Below are positions 26,738 to 35,543 of a stretch of 64,000 bases of DNA, piece by piece (positions within the stretch are counted from its first letter, which is position 1; the number at the start of each line of letters is the position of its first letter). The DNA lies in the UHGV virus genome UHGV-1493261. One strand, given 5' to 3'. The stretch comes from a virus. The position numbers and the translations under genes are program-made. The notes beneath the pieces were generated by a model that worked only from the letters and a program-made list of their open reading frames with translations, searched no databases and was not told where the DNA came from.

Positions 26738-27796
26738 ATGATTCACATATGCCGGACATGCAAAACCTCATTCGTCAATGCCCAGTCAAAGGCAGTCTAC
26801 TGTAGTGTTGATTGCAGAACCTTTTACCAAACAGTTGGCATCAAATTCTCCCCAGAGTTAATGTCGGACGCCAAATTTATTCAAACGGAAGATGACTACA
26901 AAGACTTCATCCGTGAATATTTCTATATGAAGAATGGCAACCTGAATTACCAACTACTGTCTTCACCCCTGTTGGCATCTTACCTTGGCGTAGACCCCCT
27001 CAAATATGCCAACCAGCACAACTCTGAAGAATCCGTGAACGCCCGTGTATTGGTCTGGTTACACGACGTCAAACCAACACCTTGTATCACCTGCGGTGCT
27101 AGAACTTCTGTCGAGATTAAGAAGTCTATCCCATCCTACCGGAAATATTGTTCGGAGGAATGCTATGCCCAATCAATGAAGTTGGGTGGTGAAGCCCGTA
27201 AAGTCTTGGACAAGACAATCCTTGACAAATATGGTGTATCCAACGTATTCCAGAATGAATCTGTAAAGGGCAGGGCAAGGGCTACCTTACTTCGGCGTTT
27301 CGGTGCGGAACATGTTATGCAATCAGAACATGGGCGACAGCTGTTCAAAGATTCCGTGATGGAGAAGTATGGAGTTGAGCATCCGATGCAGGTGGAAGAG
27401 GTCAAACAACGCGCCTGGGAAACCCTCGGTGCTCGGTCTTGGTATGCTACCCCAGAAGGTAAAGCGGCACGAGAGAAGGCATTCGGGGAGTATGAGGGCG
27501 GTCATCCTATGCGTGATGCTGCAGTCTTAAACAAATTGATCAAGACCAATTTAGAAAGATATGGAAAGGAATGGACGGGACAAGTACAAGAAATTCGAGA
27601 TAAGATAGGAAAAACTGTATTCGATCGTTACGGGGTTAAATGCTCTCTAAACACAGAAGTTTGCTTAGAAAATGCCAGGATAAAAAATATTGAGTTATAT
27701 GGCGTTCCGTATGCTATGCAAAACAAATCCGTTTGGGAATACGTTATTTCTTTCCGTAAATTCCAGTCCAAACCAGAAATAGAAATATCCGAGTAG
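26738..27796 (+). CDS. Homing-endonuclease-like paralog, N-terminal part (zinc ribbons + KYGV repeats), ends at an in-frame amber codon
   Basis: Paralogous to the N-terminal half of the minus-strand gene 18960-20744; TAG at 27794-27796 aligns with a Tyr codon of the intact copy. Confidence 0.6.
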   Translation: MIHICRTCKTSFVNAQSKAVYCSVDCRTFYQTVGIKFSPELMSDAKFIQTEDDYKDFIREYFYMKNGNLNYQLLSSPLLASYLGVDPLKYANQHNSEESVNARVLVWLHDVKPTPCITCGARTSVEIKKSIPSYRKYCSEECYAQSMKLGGEARKVLDKTILDKYGVSNVFQNESVKGRARATLLRRFGAEHVMQSEHGRQLFKDSVMEKYGVEHPMQVEEVKQRAWETLGARSWYATPEGKAAREKAFGEYEGGHPMRDAAVLNKLIKTNLERYGKEWTGQVQEIRDKIGKTVFDRYGVKCSLNTEVCLENARIKNIELYGVPYAMQNKSVWEYVISFRKFQSKPEIEISE

Positions 27797-27805
27797 CTCG
27801 CCTCA

Positions 27806-28648
27806 ATGGGTGTTGTACACAAGTGCTCAGACTTCACCCTCCTAAACAATATGAATTGCCAGGACGGTGGAACTCGGCGCCAGATCGACATCTACTGTCC
27901 AGACCACAAACTGGCAATTGAATTTAACGGCCTGTACTGGCATAGTGAGATACACAAATATCGCCGTTATCATCTCGAAAAGACAGAGGCATGTGAAGCA
28001 CAAGGCGTTCAGCTGATACACATCTGGGAAGATGAGTGGCATAACAACCCAGAGATCGTGAAAGGGTTGCTGGCTGCCAAACTCGGGATCAAGAAGCCAT
28101 CCGGGTACGCCCGTCAGTGTTATGTAGAGGAAGGTAAGAAGTCGGACATTCTAGAACTCCTGGCCTCTCAACACATACAGGGCACCATTCATTCGGCCAC
28201 GCATTACCTTCTCCTCAGAGATAAGAGAGACAACCGGGTTCGGGCTGTCATGACCTTTATCAAACGTGTGGTGAAGGGGGAACAGTGTATGGAACTTACG
28301 AGGTTTGCCTCCGACGGCATTCACGGGGCGTTCTCTAAACTGCTGGCGTACTACAAGGAACATCTCTGGGATGGCGTGAAGACTTTCTCCTTTGGCGATA
28401 GGTGTGTTGTTAGTCGGTTGTCCAACATTTATCTTTCTCACGGGTTCGCCGAGGAAGAAATACAAGACCCGGATTACAAATATCACAAACCAGGGACTCT
28501 CATGCGGGAGCACAAGTTTGGATTCAGAAAGACAGACTTTGCTCAGATGGGCTATGACGTAGAAGGTAAGACAGAAGATCAGTTAGCAACCGAAGCCGGG
28601 CTGGTCAGGATTTGGAATTGTGGACTGATCAAATATGTCTTGAACTAA
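27806..28648 (+). CDS. Homing-endonuclease-like paralog, C-terminal part (Vsr/DUF559-like nuclease domain)
   Basis: In frame with 26738-27796 (27806-26738 is divisible by 3); RQIDIYCPDHKLAIEFNGLYWH..IHIWEDEW matches the intact paralog. Confidence 0.6.
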   Translation: MGVVHKCSDFTLLNNMNCQDGGTRRQIDIYCPDHKLAIEFNGLYWHSEIHKYRRYHLEKTEACEAQGVQLIHIWEDEWHNNPEIVKGLLAAKLGIKKPSGYARQCYVEEGKKSDILELLASQHIQGTIHSATHYLLLRDKRDNRVRAVMTFIKRVVKGEQCMELTRFASDGIHGAFSKLLAYYKEHLWDGVKTFSFGDRCVVSRLSNIYLSHGFAEEEIQDPDYKYHKPGTLMREHKFGFRKTDFAQMGYDVEGKTEDQLATEAGLVRIWNCGLIKYVLN

Positions 28649-28710
28649 AAGAACATTTCAATAACGGGGTGAGAGGTATTATTGCCCCGTCTACTACCGA
28701 GGGCTGTGCC

Positions 28711-28935
28711 ATGTATCTGAAAAAGACTGTGAAGAATCCGAAAGGTGAGGTGATTGAAGTGCACCTGGTCGAGGCTTATGTTGACTCGTGGAATAGTGAG
28801 CAGCGTTACTTCATGGTCAATACGATGGTGTATGTGCCAGCCTCTCACCTGAACCGCGATTTCATCACAACCGAGAACATCGTCCGCTGGGAGATTGCAA
28901 CGCAGTCCGATATCGACGAACACAACATTCTTTGA
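28711..28935 (+). CDS. Hypothetical small protein (74 aa)
   Basis: Internal ATG of track ORF 28612 with GAGGG Shine-Dalgarno, just after the endonuclease stop. Confidence 0.35.
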   Translation: MYLKKTVKNPKGEVIEVHLVEAYVDSWNSEQRYFMVNTMVYVPASHLNRDFITTENIVRWEIATQSDIDEHNIL

Positions 28936-28952
28936 AAGGAAGGATCTATATC

Positions 28953-29396
28953 ATGTGTGACAAGAATTTCATTTTCATTAGTCCCGCCAAGAAACAGTTC
29001 TTCCGTAGTTCCGTTGGGGACAAGGTGAAAGGTTTCCGTAAATTCAAAGATTATCGCCTGGCATGCGGTGATGTTGATTTTCAGAGTTTCGACAATGATC
29101 GCCAGGATTTGAACGATGAGGGTTGGACAGAAGTTCCATCCCCACAGTTTATCGACGTCAAGCTGTACTACATGAAGGACAGTGGGAAGTATTATTCAGA
29201 GGGTGTGATCAAAATCAACCGTGGGGAGGCCGAGGCCGAACCTGCTAAGTCCTGGATGGAGACTATGGATAAAATCCGCTATCTGCTTGACTCAGGCAAT
29301 TTGCCTGGTTTGGTTAAAGGTGCCCAGTACGAGGTCTTCGTGACCGGAGAAGGGCATCCAGGTGGGTATCCGGCGGCATTCCGCGTTAACAACTGA
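28953..29396 (+). CDS. Hypothetical protein (147 aa)
   Basis: ATG in the conserved leader gaaggatctatatcATG (same as 18578). Confidence 0.5.
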   Translation: MCDKNFIFISPAKKQFFRSSVGDKVKGFRKFKDYRLACGDVDFQSFDNDRQDLNDEGWTEVPSPQFIDVKLYYMKDSGKYYSEGVIKINRGEAEAEPAKSWMETMDKIRYLLDSGNLPGLVKGAQYEVFVTGEGHPGGYPAAFRVNN

Positions 29397-29404
29397 GGTC
29401 AAAC

Positions 29405-29641
29405 ATGATTATCAAAAAGATCGGCACAAGTCCTCTCACTGGTACTATATTCCAGGGCAGGTTGAACACCAAAACCAGCATGTGGGTTGGTGGGAAGACC
29501 GACGTGACAGATGACTGCGTAGCAGCTGTAGCTGAACACTTGCGTCACATCAAGAAAGACTATTGCTTCCCAACGACGGATGGTAAGTTTCTGGTGCTGA
29601 GCGCCGAGGTTCACGACACCCTTCCTGATCGCTTCAAATAA
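29405..29641 (+). CDS. Hypothetical protein (78 aa)
   Basis: ATG with GAGG Shine-Dalgarno. Confidence 0.45.
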   Translation: MIIKKIGTSPLTGTIFQGRLNTKTSMWVGGKTDVTDDCVAAVAEHLRHIKKDYCFPTTDGKFLVLSAEVHDTLPDRFK

Positions 29642-29661
29642 ATTTTAAATTTATTCAATAA

Positions 29662-29690
29662 ACGGGGTTTAATTCTTCAATAAACCCCGT
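29662..29690 (+). promoter_or_regulatory. 10-bp-stem hairpin overlapping a -10-like TATACT
   Basis: ACGGGGTTTA-attcttcaa-TAAACCCCGT, then TATACT. Confidence 0.4.
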
Positions 29691-29842
29691 ATACTTCATT
29701 CCATAAGCAGCACAACACTGACTTGAAATGAAGGAACTATCACCACTCTCGTTACAAAGTAACATTGCAGCAATTTGTTCTAAACCTTTGAACAGGGTAT
29801 GTTAACCGCATACCCTATCCCCTACAAATAGAGGACTTTATC

Positions 29843-30163
29843 ATGGCTAATAGCATCCCGATTTTAGAAGCGGTCGTAAAAGAGAACCCTCGTGCACGCA
29901 AATCACGTCGCCGCCTGACCACCAAACTGGATATTCTGAAGCAGAAGTTCGGCGACCACAGCGTGTTCACTCGCATTCGCAATGCAATAAAGGAAGGGCG
30001 AACTGAGCTGGAGCTATATCGACCGAACGGTTCGACACGCGCGTATCAGACCACTGACGGCTTACTGGAACTGATCCGCCTGAGCGGGATGACGATCGAA
30101 CCTCGTTCGTCAGGCACTCCTCTGTGCTCCCTGTACGTAATCGGCAATCTTGGGGCGCTGTGA
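29843..30163 (+). CDS. Hypothetical protein (106 aa)
   Basis: ATG with AGAGGA Shine-Dalgarno; basic N-terminus. Confidence 0.5.
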   Translation: MANSIPILEAVVKENPRARKSRRRLTTKLDILKQKFGDHSVFTRIRNAIKEGRTELELYRPNGSTRAYQTTDGLLELIRLSGMTIEPRSSGTPLCSLYVIGNLGAL

Positions 30164-30167
30164 TTCT

Positions 30168-30590
30168 ATGAAGAAGTATATCGTTCTCATTACGGGTTCC
30201 CGCTCAATCACCGAGCGGGATAAGGTATTCGCCAAGCTGGACGAACTCCTCGATCCTCATGAAGTCTATACGTTGATCGAGGGTGAGGCCACGGGTGTCG
30301 ACACGATTTGCCGTGATTGGGCTGAAATCAATTATGTTCATATCACTCCCATGCCGATCCCTCCGAGCTATTATGAAAAGTATGGGAACGGGATGGGCAA
30401 CAAACGCAATCAGGACATGTTAGACAAGGCATTGGATCTCGTCAGGCAGACCAAGCTGGAAGTGTATCCGATTGCGATGTGGGATGGTTCGTCCACTGGC
30501 ACCCTGGACATGATCAACCGTTGCAAGAAAGCTGACCTCCCTGTGGATATCACTCTAATGGGTAAGCCGAAGACCAAGCGTCTTTTGTAA
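30168..30590 (+). CDS. SLOG-superfamily (DUF2493/YspA-like) nucleotide-binding protein
   Basis: IVLITGSRS near the N-terminus, EGEATGVDT, and C-terminal GNKRNQDML match the DUF2493/SLOG pattern (GSR .. G.A.G.D .. RN..M). Confidence 0.55.
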   Translation: MKKYIVLITGSRSITERDKVFAKLDELLDPHEVYTLIEGEATGVDTICRDWAEINYVHITPMPIPPSYYEKYGNGMGNKRNQDMLDKALDLVRQTKLEVYPIAMWDGSSTGTLDMINRCKKADLPVDITLMGKPKTKRLL

Positions 30591-30631
30591 CATATCATAA
30601 ATAATTTGAGTACACACAGCGGAGATACATC

Positions 30632-30802
30632 ATGTTTGTCGTCATCAATCTGTTCTGCTATATCTTCACGGCATACTTCTTGGGCGCGGTAGGGATCGAG
30701 ACCTACAATGACCTGAAGGATGGGGAATACGCCAACCGAATGGTTTATGTCAAGAAGTTTGTTCGTAAGTTCTGGTCCAACTTCGTATACAAACTACCAT
30801 GA
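30632..30802 (+). CDS. Small membrane protein (56 aa)
   Basis: ATG with GGAGAT Shine-Dalgarno; MFVVINLFCYIFTAYFLGAVGI hydrophobic helix; not in the ORF track (under 60 aa). Confidence 0.4.
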   Translation: MFVVINLFCYIFTAYFLGAVGIETYNDLKDGEYANRMVYVKKFVRKFWSNFVYKLP

Positions 30803-30805
30803 TCC

Positions 30806-30816
30806 CTAAATACCCC
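30806..30816 (+). promoter_or_regulatory. Late-promoter-like motif CTAAATACCCC
   Basis: Exact match to the motif at 642 and 34003; 24 nt upstream of the ATG at 30841. Confidence 0.5.
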
Positions 30817-30840
30817 CATCATCCATGGGGGTATTTTCTT

Positions 30841-31569
30841 ATGAACGCACAGATCTATGACGCCCTATCGCAGGGCAACGCCTTTACCAATCCTCTCCCG
30901 TCCCTCAGCAGCGCCTCACAGGGGTTAATCACCAGTGGTAAGGCGACTACAGCGTCACTGGCTAACACCGGAAATACGCAGATTCAGGAAGCGCTGGCGG
31001 CAGGTGGGTTGACTACATCCAAACTCAACGAATCTACAGCAATGTTCAACTCAGCCAACGACAGCATCACTACTTTGAACAACTATGGCTACCAGTCAGT
31101 GAACGAGGCATATTCCCGCATCGGTACATCTGTGTCGTATAAGTCCGCCCTGAAGTCTATAGGTCGAGAACCGAACAACTGTGATCTGATCAATAATGCA
31201 TTTGGGGTTATTCAGAACCTCGGCAAACAGTGGATCAACACAATGCAAAGTGTTCTCACAACTATCACAAACAAGATGAATGAGCTGGCTGAGTTGGTAG
31301 CTCAGGGTGTCAGTGCTGGTCTTGATGCTATTCAGGCACTGGCCGCTGAAGTTACTCAGGCCATCGACACTGCTGTCGCATCAGTAGCCTCTATTGCTCA
31401 GGACATCACGAACGGTATTGCAGCAGAGTTAGCCCATATCCAAGACATGGTTGGTAAGTGTCTTAACTTCTCTTTCGCCAACGTGATCTCAGAGTGGGCG
31501 AAAGATATCTGCGCCGGAGGTGTCATTAACAGCATCGGTTCCGATAATCTGAAGAACGCGCTGAAGTAA
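30841..31569 (+). CDS. Putative late (virion-associated) protein, Ala/Ser/Thr/Asn-rich
   Basis: Internal ATG of track ORF 30799 chosen because the late motif sits just upstream; 242 aa. Confidence 0.5.
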   Translation: MNAQIYDALSQGNAFTNPLPSLSSASQGLITSGKATTASLANTGNTQIQEALAAGGLTTSKLNESTAMFNSANDSITTLNNYGYQSVNEAYSRIGTSVSYKSALKSIGREPNNCDLINNAFGVIQNLGKQWINTMQSVLTTITNKMNELAELVAQGVSAGLDAIQALAAEVTQAIDTAVASVASIAQDITNGIAAELAHIQDMVGKCLNFSFANVISEWAKDICAGGVINSIGSDNLKNALK

Positions 31570-32049
31570 TCAGTGCTCCCGCGCCGGAAGAACTCCCACT
31601 GGTTCGATGCCATCCAACAGCAGGGAGTTCACACCCACATTACTCAGTCTGATTAAGATCGTTCCCCCTGGGTTAACTTCAAAAATACTCATCCCATTTC
31701 CAACCGCGTCGTTGTTAACGAACACACCCTGAGTTGCGATTCGTACTGGTTTATCTGAGTCATTCATGATCTTGAACGTCACGATTATATCTGATGTTGT
31801 ATCCAGTCGCCCAACCATGTGTTGCTTCAGCTTGGCATGGAATGATGGATTAAAGGTGATAATGATGCTGTTGTTCTGAGAGTAATAAATACTTGCTGAT
31901 AGGTACGGAATCTTCCCTTCATCGCCACGCCGCAGGAGAGGAATTGTGGTCTTCCAGTATGGCTTGAGGGTGCTCGTGTTCTCATCAAAGCAACCTAAAG
32001 GTACGAGCTTCTGGAAGGGCTGGAACTCTTGCACGATGATGTCCAGCAT
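31570..32049 (-). CDS. Hypothetical protein (159 aa; possible baseplate component); start uncertain
   Basis: Track ORF extends to 32385 (271 aa) but the N-terminal 112 codons are Arg/Ser/Leu/Cys-rich like antisense shadow and would overlap the divergent gene at 32249; beta-rich C-terminal part looks protein-like. Confidence 0.4.
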   Translation of the reverse strand: MLDIIVQEFQPFQKLVPLGCFDENTSTLKPYWKTTIPLLRRGDEGKIPYLSASIYYSQNNSIIITFNPSFHAKLKQHMVGRLDTTSDIIVTFKIMNDSDKPVRIATQGVFVNNDAVGNGMSIFEVNPGGTILIRLSNVGVNSLLLDGIEPVGVLPAREH

Positions 32050-32248
32050 ACCCTTGTTACAAGTGGGAACGCTGGCCGACAACGTCACAGGTACAGTGCG
32101 CACTTCTGGGTTCCAGAGTTCGGAAACAGAAATTATTGGCGTGACAAAGATGCGACAGCTCGTAAACAAGAGCATCGAGCATGCCAACAACAATCTACTG
32201 ATCCCGCGCATCAGGGTCACAAAATATCTCCACAGTAAAGGTGCTATT

Positions 32249-32761
32249 ATGTCCAACGTACAATTTAAGAACGAAAACCCTAATTTCGCGGCGTCCGATA
32301 AGTGGCGTCTGACTATCGGAGACCTTGTACTCCTAACCCGTAACATCCATGACTTCAGTATACCAGGGGTGTACTCCGAAGGCATCGATGGTCCGTCTCC
32401 TGGCGACGTGTTGGTTTCTATCCCATCAGAGCGTTTAACCTATGATCCCGTCGTATTTACTTTCGTTATCGATGAGGAGTGGAAATCATGGTTACAGATC
32501 CACCAATGGATCACCAGCAACGTCGGCAAGGATTTGCCTGTCAGCAAGGACATTACCATTGAATTGCTGGATAACCTCAATCGACCGATTGGCCTCACTC
32601 TCGTGCTGGAGGAAGCCCGCCCGACTGCTTTGGACAACGTACTGGTGGACGTAGACGCGGCTGTACCTCAGCTGGTGACGACAGTGACCTTCAAGTTCCA
32701 ACAGCTGGTTCCACTATCTGGTGGGAAGGCGATTGATTCTAATCCACGAAATGCGGTATAA
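32249..32761 (+). CDS. Tail-tube-like paralog (gp19 fold; baseplate tube/initiator candidate)
   Basis: 170 aa; DPVVFTFVIDEEWKSWLQIHQWITSNVG resembles ALPVTFINVVDNAPYNAFEVWQQYING of the tube protein at 20826; track ORF starts earlier at 31946. Confidence 0.5.
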   Translation: MSNVQFKNENPNFAASDKWRLTIGDLVLLTRNIHDFSIPGVYSEGIDGPSPGDVLVSIPSERLTYDPVVFTFVIDEEWKSWLQIHQWITSNVGKDLPVSKDITIELLDNLNRPIGLTLVLEEARPTALDNVLVDVDAAVPQLVTTVTFKFQQLVPLSGGKAIDSNPRNAV

Positions 32762-32791
32762 TTCTATGACATTGACAAGCTGGGATATTTT

Positions 32792-33244
32792 ATGAAAGAA
32801 CAACTACAGACAATGGCTACCGAGGACATCATGAACGAACTGGAGCCGCTGATCACAGTGGACCCAGAAGACATGAACCTTGACCAGATCTCGCTGAAAA
32901 TCGGGCGCTCTTGGATGGCTGTACAGCGGCATTATCTGCGCGAGGGGCGTTATCTTGAATTTCTCAACGGGCGCTTCCGCCAGATCGATCTCTATCTGCG
33001 CCGCTACTATGCAGGGGAGTTGCCCCCTAACATCTACGCAGAGCGCCCCCTGAAGGTTCGCCCCCTGAAGTCTGACCTGGATACATGGGTCAAAGCAGAC
33101 GATGACTATGTGGAGTTGTCTGTTCTGTTACAAGAACAAAAAGCAAAAGTCAAGTTCATAGAGACTTGTTTGGATCGCCTGAACAAACTGGGATACGAAG
33201 TGAAAAATGCTATTGAGTGGAGAAAATATATTGATGGTGTATAA
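32792..33244 (+). CDS. uvsY: Recombination mediator UvsY-like
   Basis: RRYYAGELP and KSDLDTWVKADDDYVELSVLLQEQKAKVKFIETCLDRLNKLGYEVKNAIEWRKY align with remembered T4 UvsY (DYYSGRG .. KSEMKTVLSADKDVLKVDTSLQYWGILLDFCSGALDAIKSRGFAIKHIQDMRAF). Confidence 0.7.
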   Translation: MKEQLQTMATEDIMNELEPLITVDPEDMNLDQISLKIGRSWMAVQRHYLREGRYLEFLNGRFRQIDLYLRRYYAGELPPNIYAERPLKVRPLKSDLDTWVKADDDYVELSVLLQEQKAKVKFIETCLDRLNKLGYEVKNAIEWRKYIDGV

Positions 33245-33259
33245 CGAGGATCACACATA

Positions 33260-34006
33260 ATGGCATCTCTCCAGGATCTACGCAAGCTGAATGACTTCGA
33301 AAACCGTCATTACACATTCCAGCAATACGAACTTCCTCATAAGGAACTGGAGTGTGTTACGACGGAGAACGGTCGTCATTACGTTTCACCGTCTGGTGTT
33401 AAACTGACATCCGTCACGACTATGCTGGGACGCACTGGAGATCATGAATGGCTTGAGTCTTGGAGGAAGAAGCTGGGCGCAGAGGCCGCTGACCTTGAGA
33501 CTATGCGCTGTGCTGACCGAGGGGAGAAGCTGCACCTTGCGTGTGAACTGTATCTAAAGAACCGCCCAATGAAAGAAGTGTTGGAAGCGGCTGGCGAATA
33601 CATGTTCATGTTCAAGCAGCTGTTCCCTTACCTGAACAAGATGACAAAGATCTATGCTCAGGAGATCCCATTATATAGCGAGGTGCTTGGTCTTGCAGGT
33701 CGTGTAGACCTTATCGGGGTTTATGAGGGTAAACCTGCTGTCATCGACTTCAAGACATCGAACACCATGAAGACGCGGGGCATGATCGAGGATTACAGTA
33801 TCCAGCTGTGCTTATATTCGGTCATGTTCCAGCAGATGTTCGGCGTCAAGATCACCCGCCTCATCAACGTGATTGCCAACGAGTCTTCCCCTCTACCAAC
33901 CGTCATTGAGTTCAACCGTGATGACATTCTGACTAAGATGTTTGAGCGTGTTCGTCTGTATCATCGCATGGATAAAGAACAAAACGGAGTCTGGCCGGAT
34001 CACTAA
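33260..34006 (+). CDS. PD-(D/E)xK nuclease (RecB/Cas4-like fold)
   Basis: GRVDLIGVYEGKPAVIDFKTSNT and QLCLYSVMF give a D .. (E/D)xK .. QxxxY pattern. Confidence 0.6.
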   Translation: MASLQDLRKLNDFENRHYTFQQYELPHKELECVTTENGRHYVSPSGVKLTSVTTMLGRTGDHEWLESWRKKLGAEAADLETMRCADRGEKLHLACELYLKNRPMKEVLEAAGEYMFMFKQLFPYLNKMTKIYAQEIPLYSEVLGLAGRVDLIGVYEGKPAVIDFKTSNTMKTRGMIEDYSIQLCLYSVMFQQMFGVKITRLINVIANESSPLPTVIEFNRDDILTKMFERVRLYHRMDKEQNGVWPDH

Positions 34007-34013
34007 ATACCCC
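34003..34013 (+). promoter_or_regulatory. Late-promoter-like motif CTAAATACCCC
   Basis: Embedded in the last codons of the upstream gene, 22 nt before the uvsW ATG. Confidence 0.5.
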
Positions 34014-34034
34014 ATAATCCTTGGGAGATTTTGT

Positions 34035-35543
34035 ATGGCAGACATTCAGATTGTTAAGGTTAACGAAGTCCGCATGCGTTGCATCGCAGATCTTTCTATC
34101 AGGGAAGAACTTAATGACTACTTCAAATTCGAAGACCCGAACTTCGTTCCCAACCCCTTCTCTAAATGGGACGGGGTTGTCCGCCTATTTACCAAGTCAT
34201 CTGGTCTAATCGATATCGGTCTGCTGTTTGAGGTATTTAAGTTCTGTAAGAACAACGGATACACCATTGAACTGGATCCGGCACTGAAGTACATTCAGGA
34301 CATCCCAGATGAAGAAATCCGTGACTTCATCGACAGTCTGCATCCAAAGATCCGCACCGAAAATCACGAATATATCGATGCCGAGACTCGTGACTACCAG
34401 TACGACACCATTGCCAAGGCTATGCGTCAAACCAGATGCGTCTGTGAACTGGCTACGAGTGCCGGTAAGTCCTTTATTCTGTATGTCATGGCGCGGTACT
34501 ACAGGCGGCGCAGAGAAGCTCTCGAAAGTCCTCTGAAGACGCTTATCGTGGTGCCGTCAATCCACCTAGTCACTCAGCTGTACGACAACTTCGAAGAGTA
34601 TGCGCATGGCAGTGATTGGAAGCCCGTTGTTAACACCCAGCTGATTTTTGAGGGCGCGACAAAGGATATCAGCAAACCAATCGTCATCAGTACATGGCAA
34701 GGCATTCAAGACCAGCCGAAGGAATGGTTCCACCAGTTCGGTGATATCGTGGTGGACGAAGTGCACACCTCCAAGTCTGAGAAACTGTCTTACATCCTAA
34801 ACAACTGCATCTATGCCGACCAGCGCCTGGGGGTTACAGGTACGCTGGCGAACACCAAAGTTGCCGGGCTTCAGGTGGTGGCTCACTTCGGGGCGTACCA
34901 TAAGATCATCACGGCTCGCGACCTTATCAATCTCGGGTACGCCACTGACATCAAAGTGAAGATGATTCAGCTGAAGCACACTCCGGCGGATGCCGTTGGT
35001 CTGGACGGGGATTATTCCAAGGAAATAGAATACCTTATTACACACCAGTCCCGCAACGAACTGATCGCAAAGATGGCGCTGAATCTGAAAGGAAACGTGG
35101 CCATCATGTTCGAGCGTATTGATGGCCACATGATGGTCGTGTATGATATGCTGAGCGCAGTCAAGCCCAACGTGTTTGTCATCAACGGGGAAGTGAAGAT
35201 CGAAGACCGCCGCCACATACAGAAAGCGATGGAGGACGGAGAGGACATCACCCTGTTAGCATCATACGGAACAATGCAGCAGGGTGTGTCAATCAATAAG
35301 CTGCACCACCTTGTACTGGCACACCCGAGCAAGTCATATATCCGCGTCATACAGACATTGGGTCGTCTGATGCGTCAGCACTCCTCTAAGGACGTTGCGT
35401 GGATATGGGACTTAGTTGATGATGCATCGTATAACGCCAGCACGAACCACGCTCTTAGGCACTCTCATGAGCGTTACAAGTTTTACCTGGCAGAGCGCCA
35501 CCCTGTGGAGTTCATGAAGGTGGCGCTGGGTAATCACGATTAA
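34035..35543 (+). CDS. uvsW: UvsW-like SF2 DNA helicase
   Basis: 502 aa; TSAGKSF Walker A, VVDEVH box, LHHLVLAH, QTLGRLMRQH and WDLVDDA align closely with remembered T4 UvsW. Confidence 0.9.
   Translation: MADIQIVKVNEVRMRCIADLSIREELNDYFKFEDPNFVPNPFSKWDGVVRLFTKSSGLIDIGLLFEVFKFCKNNGYTIELDPALKYIQDIPDEEIRDFIDSLHPKIRTENHEYIDAETRDYQYDTIAKAMRQTRCVCELATSAGKSFILYVMARYYRRRREALESPLKTLIVVPSIHLVTQLYDNFEEYAHGSDWKPVVNTQLIFEGATKDISKPIVISTWQGIQDQPKEWFHQFGDIVVDEVHTSKSEKLSYILNNCIYADQRLGVTGTLANTKVAGLQVVAHFGAYHKIITARDLINLGYATDIKVKMIQLKHTPADAVGLDGDYSKEIEYLITHQSRNELIAKMALNLKGNVAIMFERIDGHMMVVYDMLSAVKPNVFVINGEVKIEDRRHIQKAMEDGEDITLLASYGTMQQGVSINKLHHLVLAHPSKSYIRVIQTLGRLMRQHSSKDVAWIWDLVDDASYNASTNHALRHSHERYKFYLAERHPVEFMKVALGNHD

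Noticed and set aside
29727-29804. 25-codon ORF inside the duplicated leader cassette
   Set aside because: Too short and unsupported; probably non-coding leader sequence.
31946-32248. N-terminal 101 codons of the + strand 271-aa ORF, and the 112-codon N-terminal extension of the - strand ORF to 32385
   Set aside because: The two would overlap divergently by several hundred bp; the extensions are low-complexity; the internal starts give T4-like protein sizes. Kept as an uncertainty.
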